64,000 nt of DNA from Eledone cirrhosa (Eukaryota). The DNA lies in NCBI GenBank assembly GCA_964016885.1, contig OZ024740.1, positions 439,890,001 to 439,954,000 of the forward strand. The letters are read 5' to 3'. The translations under genes were made by a program, and so were the position numbers. The notes below the pieces were generated by a model. The model was not told the origin of the DNA and did not search any database. It was given only the letters and a program-made list of their open reading frames with translations. Position 1 is the first letter of the stretch; every line of letters begins with the position of its first letter. Below, in pieces: positions 1 to 13,800 of the stretch.

Positions 1-2160
1 CATGTCTGATATCTATATAATAACACCACAATTCTGACATCTATATAATAACACCACATGTCTGACATCTATATAATAACACCACATGCATGACATCTAT
101 ATAATAACACATGTCTGACATCTATATAATAACACCATATGTCTGACATCTATATAATAACACCACATGTGACATCTATATAATAACACCACACGCCTGA
201 CATCTATATAATAACACCATATGTCTGACATCTATATAATAACACCAGAAGTCTGACATCTATTTAATAACACCACAAGTCTGACATCTATACAATAATA
301 TCACATGTCTGACATCTATATAATAACACCAGATGTCTGACATCTATATAATAACACCACATGTGACATATATATAATAACACCACATGTCTGACATCTA
401 TATAATAACACCACATGTCTGGCATCTATATAATAACACCACATGTCTGACAACTATATAATAACAGCACATGTCTGACATCTATATAATATCATCACAT
501 GTCTGACATCTATACAATAACACCACATGTCTGACATCTATATAATAACACCACAAGTCTGACATCTATATAATAACACCACAAGTCTGACATCTATATA
601 ATAACACCACAAGTCTGACATCTATACAATAATACCACATGTCTGACATCTATATAATAACACCAGTTGTCTGACATCTATGTAATAACACCACAAGTCT
701 GACATCTATACAATAACACATGTCTGACATCTATATAATTACACCACAAGTCTGACTTCTATATAATAACACCACATGTCTGACATCTATATAATAACAG
801 CACATGTCTGACATCTATATAATAGCACCACATGTCTGACATCTATACAATAACACCACATGTCTGACATCTATATAATAACACCACAAGTCTGACATCT
901 ATATAATAACACCACAAGTATATATTAACACCACATGTCTGCCATCTATATAATAACACCAGTTGTCTGGCATCTATATAATAACACCACAAGTCTGACA
1001 TCTATACAATAACACAACATGTCTGACATCTATATAATTACACCACAAATCTGACTTCTATATAATAACACCACATGTCTGACATCTATATAATAACAGC
1101 ACATGTCTGACATCTATATAATAGCACCACATGTCTGATATTTATACAATAACACCACATGTCTGACATCTATATAATAACACCACAAGTCTGACATCTA
1201 TATAATAACACCACAAGTCTGACATCTATACAATAATACCACATGTCTGACATCTATACAATAATACCACATGTCTGACATCTATACAATAATACCACAT
1301 GTCTGACATCTATATAATAACACCACAAGTCTGACATCTATATAATAACACCACATGTCTGACATCTATATAATAACACCGCATGTGACATCTATATAAT
1401 AACACCACATGTCTGACAACTATAAATTAACACCACATGTCTGACATCTATATAATAACACCACAAGTCTGACTTCTATATAATAACACCACAAGTCTGA
1501 CATCTATATAATAACACCACAAGTCTGACATCTATATAATAACACCACATGTCTGATATCTATATAATAACACCACAATTCTGACATCTATATAATAACA
1601 CCACATGTCTGACATCTATATAATAACACCACATGCATGACATCTATATAATAACACATGTCTGACATCTATATAATAACACCATATGTCTGACATCTAT
1701 ATAATAACACCACATGTGACATCTATATAATAACACCACACGCCTGACATCTATATAATAACACCATATGTCTGACATCTATATAATAACACCAGAAGTC
1801 TGACATCTATTTAATAACACCACAAGTCTGACATCTATACAATAATATCACATGTCTGACATCTATATAATAACACCAGATGTCTGACATCTATATAATA
1901 ACACCACATGTGACATATATATAATAACACCACATGTCTGACATCTATATAATAACACCACATGTCTGGCATCTATATAATAACACCACATGTCTGACAA
2001 CTATATAATAACAGCACATGTCTGACATCTATATAATAGCATCACATGTCTGACATCTATACAATAACACCACATGTCTGGCATCTATATAATAACACCA
2101 CAAGTCTGACATCTATATAATAACACCACAAGTCTGACATCTATATAATAACACCACAAG
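1..2160 (+). repeat. Block duplication: 1-~610 recurs at ~1548-2160 (offset 1,547 bp)
   Basis: The same ordered variants appear in both (gatatc, aattctg, atgcatg, 25-mer, cacgcctg, cagaag, tatttaa, aatatcac, tctggc). cgcc is at 194 and 1741. Confidence 0.9.
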
Positions 2161-5100
2161 TCTGACATCTATACAATAATACCACATGTCTGACATCTAT
2201 ATAATAACACCACAGGTATGACATCTATATAATAACACCACATGTGACATCTATGTAATAACACCACATGTCTGACATCTATAAATTAACACCACATGTC
2301 TGACATCTATATAATAACACCACATGTGTGACATCTATATAATAACACCACAAGTCTGACATCTATATAATAACGCCACAAATCTGACATCTATATAATA
2401 ACACCACATGTCTGACATCTATATAATAGCACCACAATTCTGACATCTATATAAAAACACCACATGTCTGACATCTATATAATAACACCACATGTATGAC
2501 ATCTATATAATAACACAACATGTCTGACATATATATAATAACCCCAGATGTCTGACATCTATATAATAACACATGTCTGACATCTATATAATAACAGCAC
2601 ATGTCAGACATCTATATAATAACACCACAAGTCTGACATCTATATAATAACACCACATGTCTGACATCTATATAATAACACCACATGTGACATCTATATA
2701 ATAACACCAAATGTCTGACATCTATATAACAACACCACATGTCTGACATCTATATAATAACACCACATGTCTGACATCTATATAATAACACCACAAGTCT
2801 GACATCTATATAATAACACCACAAGTCTGAGATCTATACAATAATACCAGATGTCTGACATCTATATAATAACACCACATGTCTGACTTCTATATAATAA
2901 CACCACATGTCTGACATCTATATAATAACAGCACATATCTGACATCTATATAATAGCACCACATGTCTAACATCTATACAATAACACCACATGTCTGACA
3001 TCTATATAATAACAGCACAAGTCTGACAACTATATAATAATACCACAAGTGTGACATCTAAATAATAACACCACAAGTCTAACATCTATACAATAATACC
3101 ACATGTCTGATATCTATATAATAACACCACAATTCTGACATCTATATAATAACACCACATGTTTGACATCTATATAATAACACTGCATGTGACATCTATA
3201 TAATAAAACCACATGTCTGACAACTATAAATTAACACCACATGTCTGACATCTATATAATAACACCACAAGTCTGACATCTATATAATAACACCACAAGA
3301 CTGACATCTATACAATAACACAACATGTCAGACATCTATATAATAACACCACATGTCTGACATCTATATAATAACACCACATGTCTGACATCTATATAAT
3401 ATCACCATATGTCTGACATCTATATAATAACACCACATGTTTGACATCTTTATAATAACACCACATGTCTGACATCTATACAATAACACCACAAGTCTGA
3501 CATCTATACAATAACACCGTATGTCTGACATCTATATAATAACACCCCATGTCTGACATCTATACAATAACACAACATGTCTGACATCTATATAATAACA
3601 CCACAAGTCTGACATCTGTATAATAACACGACAAGTCTGACATCTATATAATAACACCACATGTCTGACATCTATATAATAACACCACATGTCTGACATC
3701 TATATAATAACACCATACGTCTGACATCTATATAATAACACCACAAGTCTGACATCTATACAATAATACCACATGTCTGACATCTATATAATAACACCTG
3801 TTGTCTGACATCTATATAATAACACCACAAGTCTGACATCTATACAATAACACAACATGTCTGACATCTATATAATAACACCACATGTCTGACATCTATA
3901 TAATAACACCACATGTCTGACATCTATATAATAACACCACATGTCTGACATCTATATAATAATACCATATGTCTGACATCTATATAATAACACCACAAGT
4001 CTGACATCTATATAATAATACCACATGTCTGACATCTATATAATAACACCTGTTGTCTGACATCTATATAATAACACCACAAGTCTGACATCTATACAAT
4101 AACACAACATGTCTGACATCTATATAATAACACCACATGTCTGACATCCATATAATAACACCACATGTCTGACATCTATACAATAATACCACATGTCTGA
4201 CATATATACAATAATACCACATGTCTGACATCTATACAATAATACCACATGTCTGACATCTATATAATAACACCACAAGTCTGACATCTATATAATAACA
4301 CCACATGTCTGACATCTATATAATAACACCGCATGTGACATCTATATAATAACACCACATGTCTGACAACTATAAATTAACACCACATGTCTGACATCTA
4401 TATAATAACACCACAAGTCTGACTTCTATATAATAACACCACAAGTCTGACATCTATATAATAACACCACAAGTCTGACATCTATATAATAACACCACAT
4501 GTCTGATATCTATATAATAACACCACAATTCTGACATCTATATAATAACACCACATGTCTGACATCTATATAATAACACCACATGCATGACATCTATATA
4601 ATAACACATGTCTGACATCTATATAATAACACCATATGTCTGACATCTATATAATAACACCACATGTGACATCTATATAATAACACCACACGCCTGACAT
4701 CTATATAATAACACCATATGTCTGACATCTATATAATAACACCAGAAGTCTAACATCTATTTAATAACACCACAAGTCTGACATCTATACAATAATATCA
4801 CATGTCTGACATCTATATAATAACACCAGATGTCTGACATCTATATAATAACACCACATGTGACATATATATAATAACACCACATGTCTGACATCTATAT
4901 AATAACACCACATGTCTGGCATCTATATAATAACACCACATGTCTTACAACTATATAATAACAGCACATGTCTGACATCTATATAATAGCATCACATGTC
5001 TGACATCTATACAATAACACCACATGTCTGACATCTATATAATAACACCAGAAGTCTGACATCTATATAATAACACCACAAGTCTGACATCTATATAATA

Positions 5101-6230
5101 ACACCACAAGTCTGACATCTATACAATAATACCACATGTCTGACATCTATATAATAACACCACAGGTATGACATCTATATAATAACACCACATGTGACAT
5201 CTATGTAATAACACCACATGTCTGACATCTATAAATTAACACCACATGTCTGACATCTATATAATAACACCACATGTGTGGCATCTATATAATAACACCA
5301 CAAGTCTGACATCTATATAATAACGCCACAAATCTGACATCTATATAATAACACCACATGTCTGACATCTATATAATAGCACCACAATTCTGACATCTAT
5401 ATAAAAACACCACATGTCTGACATCTATATAATAACACCACATGTATGACATCTATATAATAACACAACATGTCTGACATATATATAATAACCCCAGATG
5501 TCTGACATCTATATAATAACACATGTCTGACATCTATATAATAACAGCACATGTCAGACATCTATATAATAACACCACATGTGACATCTATATAATAACA
5601 CCAAATGTCTGACATCTATATAACAACACCACATGTCTGACATCTATATAATAACACCACATGTCTGACATCTATATAATAACACCACAAGTCTGACATC
5701 TATATAATAACACCACAAGTCTGAGATCTATACAATAATACCAGATGTCTGACATCTATATAATAACACCACATGTCTGACTTCTATATAATAACACCAC
5801 ATGTCTGACATCTATATAATAACAGCACATATCTGATATCTATATAATAGCACCACATGTCTAACATCTATACAATAACACCACATGTCTGACATCTATA
5901 TAATAACAGCACAAGTCTGACAACTATATAATAATACCACAAGTGTGACATCTAAATAATAACACCACAAGTCTAACATCTATACAATAATACCACATGT
6001 CTGATATCTATATAATAACACCACAATTCTGACATCTATATAATAACACCACATGTTTGACATCTATATAATAACACTGCATGTGACATCTATATAATAA
6101 AACCACATGTCTGACAACTATAAATTAACACCACATGTCTGACATCTATATAATAACACCACAAGTCTGACATCTATATAATAACACCACAAAACTGACA
6201 TCTATACAATAACACAACATGTCAGACAAC
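1220..6230 (+). repeat. Block duplication with offset 2,950 bp (2,894 after loss of two monomers)
   Basis: cgcc is at 1741 and 4691. atgtcagaca is at 2601 and 5551. gag of tctgagatc is at 2829 and 5723 (2950-56). Confidence 0.9.
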
Positions 6231-7409
6231 TATATAATAATACCACAAGTGTGACATCTAAATAATAACATCACAAGTCTAACATCTATACAATAATACC
6301 ACATGTCTGTTATCTATATAATAACACCACAATTCTGACATCTATATAATAACACCACATGTTTGACATCTATATAATAACACTGCATGTGACATCTATA
6401 TAATAACACCACAAGACTGACAACTATAAATTAACACCACATGTCTGACATCTATATAATAACACCACATGTCTGACATCTATATAATAACACCACATGT
6501 CTGACATCTATATAATATCACCATATGTCTGACATCTATATAATAACACCACATGTTTGACATCTTTATAATAACACCACATGTCTGACATCTATACAAT
6601 AACACCACAAGTCTGACATCTATACAATAACACCGTATGTCTGACATCTATATAATAACACCCCATGTCTGACATCTATATAATAACACCACAAGTCTGA
6701 CATCTGTATAATAACACGACAAGTCTGACATCTATATAATAACACCACATGTCTGACATCTATATAATAACACCACATGTCTGACATCTATATAATAACA
6801 CCATACGTCTGACATCTATATAATAACACCACAAGTCTGACATCTATACAATAATACCACATGTCTGACATCTATATAATAACACCTGTTGTCTGACATC
6901 TATATAATAACACCACAAGTCTGACATCTATACAATAACACAACATGTCTGACATCTATATAATAACACCACATGTCTGACATCTATATAATAACACCAC
7001 CTGTCTGACATCTATATAATAACACCACATGTCTGACATCTATATAATAATACCATATGTCTGACATCTATATAATAACACCACAAGTGTGACATCTATA
7101 TAATAATACCACATGTCTGACATCTATATAATAACACCTGTTGTCTGACATCTATATAATAACACCACAAGTCTGACATCTATACACTAACACAACATGT
7201 CTGACATCTATATAATAACACCACATGTCTGACATTCATATAATAACACCACATGTCTGACATCTATACAATAACACCACATGTCTGACATCTATATAAT
7301 AACACCACAAGTCTGACATCTATATAATAACACCACAAGTCTGACATCTATATAATAACACCACATGTCTGACATCTATACAATAACACCACATGCCTGA
7401 CATCTATAT

Positions 7410-10400
7410 AATAACACCACAAGTCTGACATCTATATAATAACACCGCATGTCTGACAACTATATAATAAGTGCACATGTCTGACATCTATATAATAGCA
7501 TCAGATGTCTGATATCTATACAATAACACCACATGTCTGACATCTATATAATAACACCACAAGTCTGACATCTATATAATAACACCACAAGTGACATCTA
7601 TATAATAACACCGCATGTCTGACAACTATATAATAACAGCACATGTCTGACATCTATATAATAGCATCACATGTCTGACATCTATACAATAACACCACAT
7701 GTCTTACATCTATATAATAACACCACAAGTCTGACATCTATACAATAATACCACATGTCTGACATCTATATAATAACACCACATGCCTGACATATATATA
7801 ATAACACCACATGTGACATCTATATAATAACACCACATGTCTGACATCTATAAATTAACACCACATGTCTGACATCTATATAATAAGACCACAAGTCTGA
7901 CATCTATATAATAACACCACAAGTCTGACATCTATATAATAACACCACAAGTCTGACATCTATATAATAACACCACATGTCTGACATATATATAATAGCA
8001 CCACAATTCTGACATCTCCATAACAACACCACATGTATGACATCTATATAATAACACCATATGTATGACATCTATATAATAACACGACATGTCTGACATC
8101 TATATAATAACCCCAGATGTCTGACATCTATATAATAACACAACATGTCTGACATCTATATAATAACACCACAAGTCTGACATCTATATAATAACACCAT
8201 ATGTCTGACATCTATATAATAACACCACATGTGACATCTATATAATAACACCACATGTCTGACATCTATATAACAACACCACATGTCTGACATCTATATA
8301 ATAACACCACAAGTCTGACATCTATATAATAACACCACAAGTCTGACATCTATACAATAACACAACATGTCTGACATCTATATAATAACACCACATGTCT
8401 GACATCCATATAATAACACCACATGTCTGACATCTATACAATAACACCACATGTCTGACATCTATATAAAAATAACCACAAGTCTGACATCTATATAATA
8501 ACACCACAAGTGTGACATCTATATAATAACACCACATGTCTGACATCTATACAATAACACCACATGTCTGACATCTATATAATAACACCACAAGTCTGAC
8601 ATCTATATAATAACACCGCATGTCTGACAACTATATAATAAGAGCACATGTCTGACATCTATATAATAGCATCAGATGTCTGATATCTATACAATAACAC
8701 CACATGTCTGACATCTATATAATAACACCACAAGTCTGACATCTATATAATAACACCACAAGTGACATCTATATAATAACACCGCATGTCTGACAACTAT
8801 ATAATAACAGCACATGTCTGACATCTATATAATAGCATCACATGTCTGACATCTATACAATAACACCACATGTCTTACATCTATATAATAATACCACAAG
8901 TCTGACATCTATACAATAATACCACATGTCTGACATCTATATAATAACACCACATGTCTGACATATATATAATAACACCACATGTGACATCTATATAATA
9001 ACACCACATGTCTGACATCTATAAATTAACACCACATGTCTGACATCTATATAATAAGACCACAAGTCTGACATCTATATAATAACACCACAAGTCTGAC
9101 ATCTATATAATAACACTACAAGTCTGACATCTATATAATAACACCACAAGTCTGACATCTATATAATAACACCGCATGTCTGACAACTATATAATAAGTG
9201 CACATGTCTGACATCTATATAATAGCATCAGATGTCTGATATCTATACAATAACACCACATGTCTGACATCTATATAATAACACCACAAGTCTGACATCT
9301 ATATAATAACACCACAAGTGACATCTATATAATAACACCGCATGTCTGACAACTATATAATAACAGCACATGTCTGACATCTATATAATAGCATCACATG
9401 TCTGACATCTATACAATAACACCACATGTCTTACATCTATATAATAACACCACAAGTCTGACATCTATACAATAATACCACATGTCTGACATCTATATAA
9501 TAACACCACATGCCTGACATATATATAATAACACCACATGTGACATCTATATAATAACACCACATGTCTGACATCTATAAATTAACACCACATGTCTGAC
9601 ATCTATATAATAAGACCACAAGTCTGACATCTATATAATAACACCACAAGTCTGACATCTATATAATAACACCACAAGTCTGACATCTATATAATAACAC
9701 CACATGTCTGACATATATATAATAGCACCACAATTCTGACATCTCCATAACAACACCACATGTATGACATCTATATAATAACACCATATGTATGACATCT
9801 ATATAATAACACGACATGTCTGACATCTATATAATAACCCCAGATGTCTGACATCTATATAATAACACAACATGTCTGACATCTATATAATAACACCACT
9901 AGTCTGACATCTATATAATAACACCATATGTCTGACATCTATATAATAACACCACATGTGACATCTATATAATAACACCACATGTCTGACATCTATATAA
10001 CAACACCACATGTCTGACATCTATATAATAACACCACAAGTCTGACATCTATATAATAACACCACAAGTCTGACATCTATACAATAACACAACATGTCTG
10101 ACATCTATATAATAACACCACATGTCTGACATCCATATAATAACACCACATGTCTGACATCTATACAATAACACCACATGTCTGACATCTATATAAAAAT
10201 AACCACAAGTCTGACATCTATATAATAACACCACAAGTGTGACATCTATATAATAACACCACATGTCTGACATCTATACAATAACACCACATGTCTGACA
10301 TCTATATAATAACACCACAAGTCTGACATCTATATAATAACACCGCATGTCTGACAACTATATAATAAGAGCACATGTCTGACATCTATATAATAGCATC

Positions 10401-10860
10401 AGATGTCTGATATCTATACAATAACACCACATGTCTGACATCTATATAATAACACCACAAGTCTGACATCTATATAATAACACCACAAGTGACATCTATA
10501 TAATAACACCGCATGTCTGACAACTATATAATAACAGCACATGTCTGACATCTATATAATAGCATCACATGTCTGACATCTATACAATAACACCACATGT
10601 CTTACATCTATATAATAATACCACAAGTCTGACATCTATACAATAATACCACATGTCTGACATCTATATAATAACACCACATGTCTGACATATATATAAT
10701 AACACCACATGTGACATCTATATAATAACACCACATGTCTGACATCTATAAATTAACACCACATGTCTGACATCTATATAATAAGACCACAAGTCTGACA
10801 TCTATATAATAACACCACAAGTCTGACATCTATATAATAACACTACAAGTCTGACATCTA
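7410..10860 (+). repeat. Tandem duplication, period 1,727 bp
   Basis: gtgcac is at 7471 and 9198. ctccata is at 8016 and 9743. The identical spurious ORFs at 8322 and 10049 are 1,727 apart. Confidence 0.92.
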
Positions 10861-13800
10861 TATAATAACACCACATGTCTGACATATATATAATAGCACC
10901 ACAATTCTGACATCTACATAAGAACACCACATGTATGACATCTATACAATAACACCACATGTATGACATCTATATAATAACACAACATGTCTGACATCTA
11001 TATAATAACCCCAGATGTCTGACATCTATATAATAACACAGCATGTCTGACATCTATATAATAACACCACATGTGACATCTATATAATAACACCACATGT
11101 CTGACATCTATATAACAACACCACATGTCTGACATCTATATAATAACACCACATGTCTGACATCTATATAATAACAACACAAGTCTGACATCTATATAAT
11201 AACACCACAAGTCTGAGATCTATACAATAATACCAGATGTCTGACATATATATAATAACACCAGATGTCTGACATCTATATAATAACACCACATGTGACA
11301 TCTATATAATAACACCACATGTCTGACATCTATAAATTAACACCACATGTCTGACATCTATATTATAATACCAGATGTCTGACATCTATATAATAACACC
11401 ACATGTCTGACATCTATACAATAACACCACAAGTCTGACATCTATACAATAATACCACATGTCTGACATCTATATAATAACACCAGTTGTCTGACATCTA
11501 TGTAATAACACCACAAGTCTGACATCTATACAATAACACATGTCTGACATCTATATAATTACACCACAAGTCTGACTTCTATATAATAACACCACATGTC
11601 TGACATCTATATAATAACAGCACATGTCTGACATCTATATAATAGCACCACATGTCTGACATCTATACAATAACACCACATGTCTGACATCTATATAATA
11701 ACACCACAAGTCTGACATCTATATAATAACACCACAAGTCTGACATCTATATAATAACACCACAAGTCTGACATCTATATAATAACACCACAATTCTGAC
11801 ATCTATATAATAACACCACATGTCTGATATCTATATAATAACACCACGATTCTGACATCTATATAATAACACCACATGTATGACATCTATATAATAACAC
11901 AACATGTCTGACATCTATATAATAACACCAGATGTCTGACATCTATATAATAACACCACATGTGACATATATATAATAACACCACATGTCTGACATCTAT
12001 ATAATAACACCACATGTCTGACATCTATATAATAACACCACATGTCTGACAACTATATAATAACACCTGTTTTCTGACATCTATATAATAACACCACAAG
12101 TCTGACATCTATACAATAACACAACATGTCTGACATCTATATAATAACACCACATGTCTGACATCCATATAATAACACCACATGTCTGACATCTATACAA
12201 TAACACCACATGTCTGACATCTATATAATAACACCACAAGTCTGATATCTATACAATAACACCACATGTCTGACATCTATATAATAACACCACAAGTCTG
12301 ACATCTATATAATAACACCACAAGTGACATCTATATAATAACACCGCATGTCTGACAACTATATAATAACAGCACATGTCTGACATCTATATAATAGCAT
12401 CACATGTCTGACATCTATACAATAACACCACATGTCTTACATCTATATAATAATACCACAAGTCTGACATCTATACAATAATACTACATGTCTGACATCT
12501 ATATAATAACACCACAAGTCTCACATCTATATAATAACACCACATGTCTGACATCTATATAATAACACCACATGTGACATCTATATAATAACACCAAATG
12601 TCTGACATCTATATAACAACACCACATGTCTGACATCTATATAATAACACCACATGTCTGACATCTATATAATAACACCACAAGTCTGACATCTATATAA
12701 TAACACCACAAGTCTGAGATCTATACAATAATACCAGATGTCTGACATCTATATAATAACACCACATGTCTGACTTCTATATAGTAACACCACATGTCTG
12801 ACATCTATATAATAACAGCACATAACTGACATCTATATAATAGCACCACATGTCTAACATATATACAATAACACCACATGTCTGACTTCTATATAATAAC
12901 ACCACATGTCTGACATCTATATAATAACAGCACATATCTGACATCTATATAATAGCACCACATGTCTAACATCTATACAATAACACCACATGTCTGACAT
13001 CTATATAATAACAGCACAAGTCTGACAACTATATAATAATACCACAAGTGTGACATCTAAATAATAACACCACAAGTCTAACATCTATACAATAATACCA
13101 CATGTCTGTTATCTATATAATAACACCACAATTCTGACATCTATATAATAACACCACATGTTTGACATCTATATAATAACACTGCATGTGACATCTATAT
13201 AATAACACCACAAGACTGACCACTATAAATTAACACCACATGTCTGACATCTATATAATAACACCACATGTCTGACATCTATATAATAACACCACATGTC
13301 TGACATCTATATAATATCACCATATGTCTGACATCTATATAATAACACCACATGTTTGACATCTTTATAATAACACCACATGTCTGACATCTATACAATA
13401 ACACCACAAGTCTGACATCTATACAATAACACCGTATGTCTGACATCTATATAATAACACCCCATGTCTGACATCTATATAATAACACCACAAGTCTGAC
13501 ATCTGTATAATAACACGACAAGTCTGACATCTATATAATAACACCACATGTCTGACATCTATATAATAACACCACATGTCTGACATCTATATAATAACAC
13601 CATACGTCTGACATCTATATAATAACACCACAAGTCTGACATCTATACAATAATACCACATGTCTGACATCTATATAATAACACCTGTTGTCTGACATCT
13701 ATATAATAACACCACAAGTCTGACATCTATACAATAACACAACATGTCTGACATCTATATAATAACACCACATGTCTGACATCTATATAATAACACCACC

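Noticed and set aside
54-68. Transcription-factor motifs: Smad GTCT/CAGAC, TALE-homeodomain TGACA, and a p53-like CWWG core kept by both catg and caag
   Set aside because: Matches of 4-6 bp are expected by chance. The p53 half-site RRRCWWGYYY fails at the purine triplet (CCA), and the halves are not adjacent.
70-79. TATA box / -10 element (TATATAA, TATAAT) in each monomer
   Set aside because: A short AT-rich match repeated ~2,300 times, with no -35 element, initiator evidence or downstream gene, cannot be called a promoter from sequence.
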